Sequence record: SRR22947727_2406
Direction: 5' to 3' (one strand)
DNA length: 48,329 nucleotides
The notes below the pieces were generated by a model that saw only the letters and a list, made by a program, of their open reading frames with translations, had not been told where the DNA came from and searched no databases. The first letter of the stretch is position 1, and each line of letters starts with the position of its first letter. Position numbers and translations under genes: made by a program. Shown in pieces: positions 1 to 9,175 of this stretch.

Positions 1-395
1 ACATCATCAACCGTAATATTTTACCCGCGCTCATTCAAGGCAAAATCGTCATCTGCGATCGCTTTGCGGATTCAACCCGCATGTATCAAGGTATAAGTCG
101 GGGCGATCTGCGGGCGCTTGTGGATCAGTTGCACCGCCTTATGATCCCATATGATCCCGATATTACGATTTTAATCGATATGGATCCAGAAATCGGATTG
201 AAACGGGCGAAAGCGCGCGCAACAGCAGAGGAACGTTTTGAAGATTTTGGACTCGATCTGCAACAACGCATGCGCAGCGGATTTTTAGAGCTGGCGCGTG
301 AGTTCGAAACGCGTATCGCGGTTGTGGACGGCAATCGTGATATCGTAGAACTGGCCGAAACCATATATCAACGCGTTAAACTGGCGCTCTCATGA
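1..395 (+). CDS. tmk: Thymidylate kinase (5'-truncated by window edge)
   Basis: Frame is open from position 3: ILPALIQGKIVICDRFADSTRMYQG carries the DR(F)xxS motif; also PDITILID and ERFE; sits directly before holB. Confidence 0.95.
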   Translation, partial: IINRNILPALIQGKIVICDRFADSTRMYQGISRGDLRALVDQLHRLMIPYDPDITILIDMDPEIGLKRAKARATAEERFEDFGLDLQQRMRSGFLELAREFETRIAVVDGNRDIVELAETIYQRVKLALS

Positions 396-1528
396 AAGAT
401 CTTGAGCCGCTGCCGCTGTCCGATAAAATTTCCGGGGCGCCGCATCCCTCTGAAGCCACCACAATTTTTGGTCAGGATAGCGCTCAACAACAGTTTTTAA
501 ACGCTTTTGACAGGGGCAGGTTGCATCACGCATGGTTGCTGAGCGGCCCGCGCGGCGTTGGCAAAGCAACGCTTGTTTGGAAAATTGCCAAATTCTTGCT
601 CACAACGCCAAATGCGCCGGCCCAAGACGGCCTGTTTGACGCGATGAGTCAACACGTATCGAATTTGGAAACACCACCAAACCACCCCGCCCTGCCCCGT
701 ATACTGGCCGGTTCAGAGCCAGCGCTTTGCGTGCTTAGGCGCAGCTATGATGAAAAACGCAAACGCTTTAAGCAAAATATTACGGTTGATGATGTGCGCA
801 GCCTAAAAAGCTTTTTCGGCCTGTCAGCGGCCGATGGCGGCGCACGCGTGGTGATAATTGATGCCGCCGATGATATGACGGGTAGCGCCTCCAATGCGCT
901 GTTGAAAATGCTGGAAGAGCCGCCCAAAAACGCCTTTTTGTTTTTGATCAGCCATCAACCGGCCGCCCTTTTACCAACGCTACGGTCGCGCTGCCGAGAG
1001 CTCCGCCTCTCAGCCTTATCGCATGATATGATGCAGCAAGCTTTGACTCAGGCAAAAATCCACCTTTCTGAAGAACAAAGCTCACTCTTCACGCGCCTCT
1101 CTGCAGGGTCAGCCGGTCAAGCGATCCGTTTGGCTCAGCTTGACGGAGATGCGCTTTACAGCGCGCTAATTTCAACCCTGCAAACGTTGCCCAGCCTGAA
1201 CCAAAGCGCCGCTTTAAAACTGGCTGAAAGCTTTGCAGGGCAAGCGAATTCAGAGCGTTTTGATTTGTTGATAGACCTTATCGATTATATTTTAGGGCAA
1301 GCTGCGAAAACATCGCTTATCCCGCTGGATCCGGATTCGGATCCTACAACGCTTGACCAAAAGCTGTTCACAATACTTCATAACGGGCCAATAGGCGCCC
1401 GTAAATGGGCCCTCTTGCAGCAAGATATTTCACAGCGAATGCGTCATGGGCGGGCGGTCAACCTTGACCCGGTGACATTGATCCTAGATATGTTCTTCAA
1501 GATAGAAGAATGCGCTGCAGCATTGTAA
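392..1528 (+). CDS. holB: DNA polymerase III subunit delta'
   Basis: HHAWLLSGPRGVGKAT, IDAADDM, SNALLKMLEEPP and LLPTLRSRC motifs; tmk-holB-tatD order. Confidence 0.95.
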   Translation: MKDLEPLPLSDKISGAPHPSEATTIFGQDSAQQQFLNAFDRGRLHHAWLLSGPRGVGKATLVWKIAKFLLTTPNAPAQDGLFDAMSQHVSNLETPPNHPALPRILAGSEPALCVLRRSYDEKRKRFKQNITVDDVRSLKSFFGLSAADGGARVVIIDAADDMTGSASNALLKMLEEPPKNAFLFLISHQPAALLPTLRSRCRELRLSALSHDMMQQALTQAKIHLSEEQSSLFTRLSAGSAGQAIRLAQLDGDALYSALISTLQTLPSLNQSAALKLAESFAGQANSERFDLLIDLIDYILGQAAKTSLIPLDPDSDPTTLDQKLFTILHNGPIGARKWALLQQDISQRMRHGRAVNLDPVTLILDMFFKIEECAAAL

Positions 1529-1544
1529 GAGCCAAGGGCCGTGA

Positions 1545-2351
1545 ATGAACATATCCCCCGCGATCACTGATAGCCATTGCCATCTGGATTTCCCAGATTT
1601 TGCCGATGAGCTTGACACTATAATAAGCCGAGCGCAGGCCGCGGGCGTTCATCGCATGGTAACGATTTGTACAAAATTACAGAATGAACCCTCTGTACGG
1701 GCCATCGCAGCGCGATATGCACCTGTTTTTTACGCGGCTGGCACCCATCCGATGAGCGCAGCAGATGAGCCTTTGGTCACCCTTGATGAGCTACTGGCGC
1801 TTAGTAAACACAAAAAAATGGTGGGGATTGGGGAAACCGGTCTTGATTATCATTATTCAAGCGACAGCGCCGAGGTTCAAAAAACCTCGCTTTTGGTGCA
1901 TATACGCGCAGCCCAACAAAGTGGGTTGCCCCTGATTATTCATGCCCGCGCAGCGGATGAAGACATCGCAGACATTTTGAGCGCTGAGTATAAAAATGCG
2001 CCCTATTCTTGCGTCATGCATTGTTTTTCCTCTGGCGAAACCTTGGCGCGCAGATGTTTGGATTTGGGGTTTTACCTATCGCTCTCTGGAATCACAGCCT
2101 TCCCCAAAAGCGATCAGCTACGGGCAATTTTCAAATTCGTGCCGCAAGAGCGGCTTTTGGTCGAAACCGACAGCCCTTATTTGGCGCCGCCACCCCATCG
2201 TGGCAGGCGTAATGAACCTGCTTATGTCGCGCTCACCGCCCGCGCAGCGGCGACTTTCTTTGGGCAAGACTATGCTGCGTTCGCAGCGCAGGTTGAGAAA
2301 AATTTTAACCGACTTTTTGTAAAAGCTGCCGCCTATGAGACCATGCAATGA
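1545..2351 (+). CDS. tatD: TatD-family DNase
   Basis: DSHCHLD, GIGETGLDY, IIHAR, MHCFS and LVETDSPYLAP motifs. Confidence 0.93.
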   Translation: MNISPAITDSHCHLDFPDFADELDTIISRAQAAGVHRMVTICTKLQNEPSVRAIAARYAPVFYAAGTHPMSAADEPLVTLDELLALSKHKKMVGIGETGLDYHYSSDSAEVQKTSLLVHIRAAQQSGLPLIIHARAADEDIADILSAEYKNAPYSCVMHCFSSGETLARRCLDLGFYLSLSGITAFPKSDQLRAIFKFVPQERLLVETDSPYLAPPPHRGRRNEPAYVALTARAAATFFGQDYAAFAAQVEKNFNRLFVKAAAYETMQ

Positions 2352-3148
2352 CAGACCAGTTACGGTTTCAAATTTTGGGATGTGGGTCCTCGGGTGGGGT
2401 GCCGCGGCTTGGCGGAAATTGGGGGGCTTGCGATCCCAATAATCCCAAAAATGCCCGAACGCGCTGCTCGCTTTTGGTTGAGCGCCAAAGTAAAAATGGC
2501 CGAACACAAGTGCTAATTGACACCTCACCGGATATGCGCGCGCAGCTTTTACAGGCGCAAGTGGGCCGTTTGGATGCGGTGCTCTACACGCATGACCACG
2601 CCGATCATGTGCACGGGCTGGATGATTTACGCATGATTGTGTTCAACCGGCGTAGCCGCCTGCCCGTTTGGGCCAACCAAGTTACAAGCGCCGGCCTGCT
2701 CAGCCGCTTTTCCTATGCGTTCAAACAACCTGAGGGCTCTGCCTACCCCCCCATCTTGCAGCTCAATCACATCGAAGGGCCAGTGAAGATTGATGGCGCA
2801 GGCGGCCAGATTGAATTTACACCGTTTGAAGTTGCGCATGGGCAAATCACTGCATTGGGGTTCCGGATCGGTCCCGTGGCTTACTTACCCGATGTTTCAG
2901 CCATGCCCCCTGCTGCATGGGAGGCTCTGGCTGGCATTGACTGCTGGATACTGGACGCGTTGCGCCGTGATCCGCACCCCTCACATTCCCATCTGGCCCA
3001 AAGCATTGAGTGGATTGATCAATCAAACGTTGCGCGCGCCGTTTTAACCAATATGCATAATGATTTAGATTATGCCACCTTGCAGGTGGAGCTTCCCAAA
3101 CATATTCTGCCCGCTTTTGACGGGATGGTTCTCTCCTATGATCTTTGA
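2348..3148 (+). CDS. MBL-fold metallo-hydrolase (PhnP/YycJ-like)
   Basis: LGCGSSGGVP start, THDHADHVHGLDD metal motif, HPSHSH. Confidence 0.9.
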   Translation: MTDQLRFQILGCGSSGGVPRLGGNWGACDPNNPKNARTRCSLLVERQSKNGRTQVLIDTSPDMRAQLLQAQVGRLDAVLYTHDHADHVHGLDDLRMIVFNRRSRLPVWANQVTSAGLLSRFSYAFKQPEGSAYPPILQLNHIEGPVKIDGAGGQIEFTPFEVAHGQITALGFRIGPVAYLPDVSAMPPAAWEALAGIDCWILDALRRDPHPSHSHLAQSIEWIDQSNVARAVLTNMHNDLDYATLQVELPKHILPAFDGMVLSYDL

Positions 3149-3166
3149 GCTTTTTAAGCCCCGGCC

Positions 3167-4096
3167 ATGCACGCGTTAATTGAAGTTATTTTTCCGGTTT
3201 TTTTGGTCATCGGGTTCGGCTATGCTGCGGTCTGGGCAGGCTTCTTTTCAACAGATTCTGTTGATGGATTGATGCGTTTCACACAAAACTTTGCTATCCC
3301 ATGCCTTTTATTTGGTGCGATCGCCTCGCTTGATTTGAGCCAAGTTTTTGATTTTGCGCTTCTGTTTAGTTTTTACAGTGGAGCAACGGTCTGTTTTCTG
3401 GCCGGATTATTTGGATCAAGGCTTTTGTTCCAGCGGCCTTGGGAAGATTGCGTTGCGATTGGCTTTTGCTGTCTGTTTTCCAATTCACTCATGCTCGGTT
3501 TGGCGATTACCGAACGCGCCTATGGCGCGGCCGCATTGACCTCTAATTACGCGATCGTCGCCTTGCATGCCCCTTTTTGCTACTGCCTTGGCATCTTAAC
3601 CATGGAAATTGTACGCAACCGGCAGAAATCGGTGATGCCCGTTGTAAAAAGCGTCTTTATCGCCATGTTCAAAAATGCTCTCTTTCTAGGCATTCTGGTC
3701 GGCTTTGCCGTCAATTTTCTAAAAGTCCCGCTGCCCAGCCCTGTCACCGAAGCCGTTGACATGTTGATCCAAGCCGCCTTACCGGCAGCTCTGTTCGGGA
3801 TGGGGGGCGTTTTGTACCAATACCGGCCTGAAGGCGATACAGGGCCAATTTTATGGGTTATGGCGGTGGCCCTGCTACTGCATCCCTCTTTGGTCTGGAT
3901 AAGCGGGCAAGCACTGTCACTTGAGCAAGCGGGGCTGCGCTCGGCTGTGTTAACCAGCGCGATGGCCCCTGGCATCAACAGCTATGTCTTTGCCAATATG
4001 TATGGGGCTGCGCGACGCGTTGCAGCGTCGGCAGTCTTATTCAGCACCTCAGCCTCGATCATAACCGTCTGGTGCTGGTTATATATTTTACCCTAA
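3167..4096 (+). CDS. AEC-family (auxin efflux carrier/malonate-type) transporter
   Basis: About 10 hydrophobic segments; FAIPCLLF, FSNSLMLG and SAMAPGIN motifs. Confidence 0.85.
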   Translation: MHALIEVIFPVFLVIGFGYAAVWAGFFSTDSVDGLMRFTQNFAIPCLLFGAIASLDLSQVFDFALLFSFYSGATVCFLAGLFGSRLLFQRPWEDCVAIGFCCLFSNSLMLGLAITERAYGAAALTSNYAIVALHAPFCYCLGILTMEIVRNRQKSVMPVVKSVFIAMFKNALFLGILVGFAVNFLKVPLPSPVTEAVDMLIQAALPAALFGMGGVLYQYRPEGDTGPILWVMAVALLLHPSLVWISGQALSLEQAGLRSAVLTSAMAPGINSYVFANMYGAARRVAASAVLFSTSASIITVWCWLYILP

Positions 4097-4202
4097 ATTA
4101 TCTGATCATTATGCATATTTTTCAATATGCTATGATTAAAATCCGGCTTAGGCTGTGGTGCATAAATTTGACAATATCAACCACAAAAGTTATCAGATCT
4201 TC

Positions 4203-4622
4203 ATGACTGCACAACATATATATGGCCGTTATCACGTTTCTCCGCAAATCGATGTAGCGGATGTTGATGGTTTAAAAAAAGCCGGCTTCACGACTATAAT
4301 CTGTAACCGACCAGATTTTGAAGTTCCTTTAGAACTGCAATCCGAGGTTATAAAAGTCGCAGTTGAAGCGGCTGGAATGCGGTTCGAAGTGTTGCCACTG
4401 AGCAGCCACAGCATGGACCGAGACACCATTGCCCATCAATTTGAACTGGTAGAGCAATCACAAGGGCCCGTTCTGGCCTATTGTGCCTCTGGAACACGAT
4501 GCACGATAATCTGGGCCTTATCACAAGCGGGTCTGCGTGACGCAGAGGAAATTTTATCCTTAACCGCACAAGCGGGCTATCCATTGGACGGGTTGCGGCC
4601 TTACCTTACCAAAAATTCATAG
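4203..4622 (+). CDS. TIGR01244/DUF442-family sulfur transferase (phosphatase-like)
   Basis: VSPQI, IICNRPDFE and the Cx5R motif AYCASGTRC; ATG at 4203 preferred over GTG at 4155. Confidence 0.85.
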   Translation: MTAQHIYGRYHVSPQIDVADVDGLKKAGFTTIICNRPDFEVPLELQSEVIKVAVEAAGMRFEVLPLSSHSMDRDTIAHQFELVEQSQGPVLAYCASGTRCTIIWALSQAGLRDAEEILSLTAQAGYPLDGLRPYLTKNS

Positions 4623-4710
4623 CTTGAAAGTCACGCCGGGCTTTACTTCAACAGCAGGTTAGATTTCCATTTGCTTGGAGTTCAAACCGAAGGCAAACGC
4701 AAAAGTCCGC

Positions 4711-5697
4711 TCAAACCTCGCCTTCATGGCCCTCGGCCGGCGTTTCATTGCCCCTCGGCTGCGCTCCCCCCTGCGACTCACCCTGCTCAGGAATCGACAC
4801 AGGCTCAGTAAGCTCAGTTTCAAGAGCGTTTAAAAAGACCGCGCGCCGCAGCCCTATTTTCCCTAACCTCACCGGCAAAGGCGCAGCGCCCCCTTCGGGC
4901 CTAAGCAACGCGTTGTCAAAAACCGTTTGAGGAAGGGGTAAGATCGTGCCTTTCCGCCATTTTTCAAGCGCGTTCCAAGGTATTGAAAAGCGATGCAGCT
5001 CTGCGCGTAAATTCGCCTGGAGTGACATCAAATCGGTTTGTGCGCCCAATTTTAAACCTTCGCCGTTTTGCATCACCGCGCCCAAACTCATTATTTCGCA
5101 AGGAACCCCAACCATAATCACTAAATTATCCGCGACATCCTCAACGGAAAAACTGGTTTGAAATATCGTGAAATGAGAACTGCTTAACCACAAACTCAAA
5201 GCGTCCGGATCCTTTGCGGGAAACCCCAAGCGCAATCCTTTCAAAGCTTCTTGCAAGCGCGCAGAAAGCCCCTTCAGCGGCATTGATCGCAAAACATCAT
5301 CTATGAAGGGGGCGACCAACGCAAAATCAGTGCGCGTTGAGGCGCGTCCGCGGGCCAAAGCGCGCCCCGAAACGCGCCCCAATGTTTGGATTTCGATCAA
5401 ACACCTGAGCGCAGTCCAGTTCAAGGCTGCAAAACCTAATGCCTCATCTTCGCCCTTTAGGGCACCAATCAGAACAAAATCTTTCAAAGCTATAGCGATA
5501 TCCTGCGCTAAAAGCAGCTGCGAGTCGTGATGCGCTGGACGCAACGCTAAGTTCATCTGCCCAAGTGCTGATTTGGCAACAGCGATTTGCAAACCTTCAC
5601 TGATGATCCGGTGGACCTGCTTTCCTTGTGGGCGCGCTAAGCTGGCTTTTTGGCGCAATATATTGACGGCTCTTTCGATCGCGCTTTTCCTTAGCAA
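4711..5697 (-). CDS. FliM/FliN-family (C-terminal SpoA domain) flagellar switch-like protein
   Basis: LIEIQTLG..R..TRTD..LVAPFID segment resembles Rhodobacteraceae FliM-like proteins; C-terminal LRAELHRFSIPW..L..W..GTILPL...LGKIG..RAV fits SpoA/FliMN_C; TTG start, with an in-frame TAA at 5728-5730 limiting upstream extension. Confidence 0.65.
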   Translation of the reverse strand: MLRKSAIERAVNILRQKASLARPQGKQVHRIISEGLQIAVAKSALGQMNLALRPAHHDSQLLLAQDIAIALKDFVLIGALKGEDEALGFAALNWTALRCLIEIQTLGRVSGRALARGRASTRTDFALVAPFIDDVLRSMPLKGLSARLQEALKGLRLGFPAKDPDALSLWLSSSHFTIFQTSFSVEDVADNLVIMVGVPCEIMSLGAVMQNGEGLKLGAQTDLMSLQANLRAELHRFSIPWNALEKWRKGTILPLPQTVFDNALLRPEGGAAPLPVRLGKIGLRRAVFLNALETELTEPVSIPEQGESQGGAQPRGNETPAEGHEGEV

Positions 5698-5754
5698 GAT
5701 GACGTTTCCGACCCTGTGAGAAAAGCTTTAGCCTTAAGATGCTTAAAATTTCCT

Positions 5755-8445
5755 TTAAACGCGTTTTGCGGAGCCGCCATCATCCAAGGGCAATAAAACC
5801 CGAAACCCTGCGCCACCTTGGCCCGGCAAATACGAAATATCTCCGCCCAAGCGCTGCATTATTTCTTTGCAGATCGCCAATCCCAATCCCGCACCGCCAG
5901 CTTTTTGATCCCCAGCCCGTGAAAATTTCTCAAAAATCAGATCTTGCTGATCCTTTGGGATACCGCGGCCATTATCCACGAAGTCCAAAACCAACTGACG
6001 ACCTCTTTGAAATCCTGTTACGGTAAGGGATGGCGCCGCCGCTTCACAATATTTAACCGCGTTGGCGATTAAATTGATGAACACTTGGCCAAGCCGCATA
6101 TCGTCGGTTTTTATCTCAGGGCAGTTTTCGGGCAGCTTTACCCGCAACGCTAATTTATCTAGCTCGGCTCCACCACCGACTGTCAACGCTGCGCGTTGCA
6201 ACAAGGGCTCAATCGCGGTGCTGCTAATCTTTAACGTGACTTGCCCATTCTCTAGCACGCTCAAATCAAGCAGGTCGTCCAAAAGCTGGGTTAGCCTGAG
6301 CGATTCTTCGTGAATGATCCCCGCATATTTGTTCAAATCACCCGTGGATAAATCGGGGCCATCGCGCAAAATTTCGGCAAAAGCCAATATAGAAGTCATT
6401 GGGGTGCGCAGTTCATGGCTGATCTGGGATAGAAAAGCATCTTTTTGCACGGATAGCCTGGTCAGTTTATCGTTTGCGCGCCGCAATTGGCCCGCCGTGC
6501 GCACCAATTCATCCGATTTCATTTCTAGCCGACTTGAATATTCAAGCATTTGGGCCGTTTCATCGGCCACCGCCATCAGATCCTGAACAGAGACGGCAAG
6601 ACCACCCATTATTTTTCCCATCATCGCATGCGCCGTCGCCGCCCCAACCGATCCTGCAAGCGCCCGCTCTAGTTTTTGTAAAAACTCTGGTGTGGGTTCA
6701 GGAAGATATCCAGCCCCACCTTGCTTCACAACTTCACTTTGAAACAAAGCCTGCGCTTCGAGGGATCCCAAGATCCGTTGCGCCATAACCATCAGCTCTT
6801 CGCTTTGCCCAACCCGGCCATTCCAACTATGCGGGCTGGGAGCGTAATCAAAGGTATTCACGAATTGTACCGCCTGCAGCCGTTCCAGGGGTGATGGAAA
6901 ACTGATCAATGACACAAAAACAAATACCAAGCTGTTCAAAGAGATGCTCCAGAACACCGCATGCACCAAGGGATCTAAACCCGAAATTCCAAATAACGCC
7001 TGTGGGCGCAACCAAGAAATTTCAAACGGACCCAGCTGCATAAGCTGCAGCAAAAATCCAAGATCCAAACCCAAACTTGGAATAAAAAGAGTATAAAGCC
7101 AAATACCAAAGCCCGTGCCAACCCCCCATAAAGCCCCAAGACGAGTTGCCCCGCGCCAGAAGATACCACCAATCAAGGCCGGCAATACTTGTACAACTCC
7201 GGTAAATGACACCAAGCCAATAGCGGCCAGCGCAGCGCCCCCGCCCGACAACGAATAATACAGATACCCCAAGAGCAAAATCACCGCGATTGACAAACGC
7301 CGCGCCATTAAAACCACTTTACGTACATCGCCCGACATGCTCAGCATATTGCCACTGACCCGCAGAAAAAGTGGCATCACCACATGGTTGGAAACCATCG
7401 TTGATAAGGCGATTGAGGCCACAATCACCATTGAAGTGGCCGATGAGAACCCGCCTAAAAAGGCTAGAATGGCCAGACCGTCTTGCCCCTGAGACAACGG
7501 CAAGGTCAAAACGAACAGATCCGGATTGGCGTCCGATGGCAAGATATCAAGCCCCACAACCGCGATTGGCACCACGAAAAGCGACATCAACAGCAAATAG
7601 AGCGGAAAGGCCCATGAGGCGGTTTCCAAAAATGCCTCATCTTCATTTTCAACCACCAAAACCTGAAACATCCGAGGCAGGCATAAAAATGCCGCCGCTG
7701 ACAAGAATGTCAGGCTGGCCCAGCGGCTGTTATCAACGCTCCAATGCGCCAAAGACGACTGATCAATTTTTGCAAATGTCTGGCCGATTCCTCCCATAAC
7801 CCCCCAGACAACGAAGACACCAACCGCCAAAAGCGCAAACAGCTTCACAATCGCCTCAACCGCAATCGCAATCACCACGCCGTGATGTCGTTCATTCACA
7901 TCCAAGTTTCGGGTTCCAAAAACGATGGTGAATAAAGCCAAACCAACGGCAACCCAAAACGCCGTATTGCCCCCCAATGTTGCACTTTGTCCAACCTCTC
8001 CCGACGCTGCGAACACTTCAAAGGATAGGGTGACAGATTGCAGTTGCAGCGCGATATAGGGGGTTGTGCCGACCACAGCCAAAAATGTGATCAAAGCCGC
8101 CAAACTGTTTGATTTTCCAAATCGAGACGATAATAAATCCGCTATCGAGGTGACCCTTTGGCTGCGACCGATGCGCACCAGCTTGCGCAAAACCCACCAC
8201 CAGCCAAACATGACCAATGACGGTCCGATGTAAATTGTCAGAAACTCTAACCCTGAGCGCGCAGCATAGCCAACGGCGCCATAAAAGGTCCAGGCAGTGC
8301 AATATATTGAAATGGATAAAGTATAAATCCAGGCGCTTCGCAACCATCGCCCGCGGCCGCGCATCGCGGCTTTTTCCGCAATAAACGCTACTGCGAACAA
8401 CAACCCGACATAAAGTAAGCACACGAAAATGAGCAGATTCAACAT
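5755..8445 (-). CDS. SLC5 (sodium:solute symporter)-STAC-histidine kinase, CrbS/PrlS-like, without PAS or REC domains
   Basis: N-terminal SSS domain (IYCTAWTFYGAVG, TPYIALQL, GGFSSATSM); STAC-like ERALAGSVGAATA; H-box SHELRTPMTSI; N-box NLIANAVKY; DNGRGI and GAGLGLAI. Confidence 0.9.
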   Translation of the reverse strand: MLNLLIFVCLLYVGLLFAVAFIAEKAAMRGRGRWLRSAWIYTLSISIYCTAWTFYGAVGYAARSGLEFLTIYIGPSLVMFGWWWVLRKLVRIGRSQRVTSIADLLSSRFGKSNSLAALITFLAVVGTTPYIALQLQSVTLSFEVFAASGEVGQSATLGGNTAFWVAVGLALFTIVFGTRNLDVNERHHGVVIAIAVEAIVKLFALLAVGVFVVWGVMGGIGQTFAKIDQSSLAHWSVDNSRWASLTFLSAAAFLCLPRMFQVLVVENEDEAFLETASWAFPLYLLLMSLFVVPIAVVGLDILPSDANPDLFVLTLPLSQGQDGLAILAFLGGFSSATSMVIVASIALSTMVSNHVVMPLFLRVSGNMLSMSGDVRKVVLMARRLSIAVILLLGYLYYSLSGGGAALAAIGLVSFTGVVQVLPALIGGIFWRGATRLGALWGVGTGFGIWLYTLFIPSLGLDLGFLLQLMQLGPFEISWLRPQALFGISGLDPLVHAVFWSISLNSLVFVFVSLISFPSPLERLQAVQFVNTFDYAPSPHSWNGRVGQSEELMVMAQRILGSLEAQALFQSEVVKQGGAGYLPEPTPEFLQKLERALAGSVGAATAHAMMGKIMGGLAVSVQDLMAVADETAQMLEYSSRLEMKSDELVRTAGQLRRANDKLTRLSVQKDAFLSQISHELRTPMTSILAFAEILRDGPDLSTGDLNKYAGIIHEESLRLTQLLDDLLDLSVLENGQVTLKISSTAIEPLLQRAALTVGGGAELDKLALRVKLPENCPEIKTDDMRLGQVFINLIANAVKYCEAAAPSLTVTGFQRGRQLVLDFVDNGRGIPKDQQDLIFEKFSRAGDQKAGGAGLGLAICKEIMQRLGGDISYLPGQGGAGFRVLLPLDDGGSAKRV

Positions 8446-8732
8446 TAGAGTTCGGCCTTATCGGAACCCGATACATCTATCGAGCGCTGAACATCCTCGG
8501 GCAAATGCCGCAATTTCCAAGACAAAACAAACTGACTTACGATCAACAGGAGCCAGACGCCAAACACATAAAGACCCGCGCTGGAAATTAAAATCGACGG
8601 CTTTTCGATAGACTGCCACAGGAATGGCACGCTCCATAAAAAAATGCCCAACAGTGGCAGAATATGCGCCGCGTCAATCACTCTGCGCGCCTTGTAATTG
8701 CGTCGTTCTAAAAAAACGGGTCCTTGTGGCAT
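8445..8732 (-). CDS. Small two-TM membrane protein coupled to the sensor kinase
   Basis: MPQGPVFLERRNYKARRVIDAAHILPLLGIFLW... with two hydrophobic helices; stop overlaps the kinase ATG (TAATG); ATG at 8732 lies just after the receiver gene's stop. Confidence 0.75.
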   Translation of the reverse strand: MPQGPVFLERRNYKARRVIDAAHILPLLGIFLWSVPFLWQSIEKPSILISSAGLYVFGVWLLLIVSQFVLSWKLRHLPEDVQRSIDVSGSDKAEL

Positions 8733-8734
8733 GC

Positions 8735-9103
8735 TTATGCCCCAGCCAATTCGCGGACAGCGTCTAACATCTCTTGATTGGAAAACGGCTTTGTCATGAA
8801 CCGGCTTGCGCCTAGAGCTTCGGCCATTTGACGGTCTTTCGTCTGGCCTCGCGCCGTCAAGATCAATACTGGAATCTCCAAACATTCAGGGGTAAGCCGA
8901 ATTTCTCTTAAAATATCATAACCGCTTTTACCTGGAAGCATCACATCCAAAATAATCAAATCGGGCAGGCTGGTTTTAATGACAGCATTGGCATCATGCC
9001 CATTCGCATGCGTCTTGACCTGCCATCCATCGCGCGACAGAATATATTGCACCGCCTCAATGATGTTTGGCTCATCCTCGATAAGCAGAACCGTCTTCGC
9101 CAT
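8735..9103 (-). CDS. Stand-alone response regulator receiver (no output domain)
   Basis: LLIEDE, LIILDVMLP (phospho-Asp), LILTA, FMTKPF; GGAGG RBS before ATG at 9103. Confidence 0.92.
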   Translation of the reverse strand: MAKTVLLIEDEPNIIEAVQYILSRDGWQVKTHANGHDANAVIKTSLPDLIILDVMLPGKSGYDILREIRLTPECLEIPVLILTARGQTKDRQMAEALGASRFMTKPFSNQEMLDAVRELAGA

Positions 9104-9140
9104 CGTTCCTCCCAAAACTGACTGCTGTGACCAGCACGGC

Positions 9141-9156
9141 TTAAGCGATACTTAAC
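9141..9156. promoter_or_regulatory. CtrA-binding box
   Basis: TTAA-gcgatac-TTAAC is an exact TTAA-N7-TTAAC match, 37 bp upstream of the receiver gene start. Confidence 0.65.
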
Positions 9157-9175
9157 AATATTTCTTCAACGGATG

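Noticed and set aside
8733-8885. Longer 146-aa version of the 2-TM protein
   Set aside because: The extension overlaps the receiver gene out of frame; ATG at 8732 is more plausible
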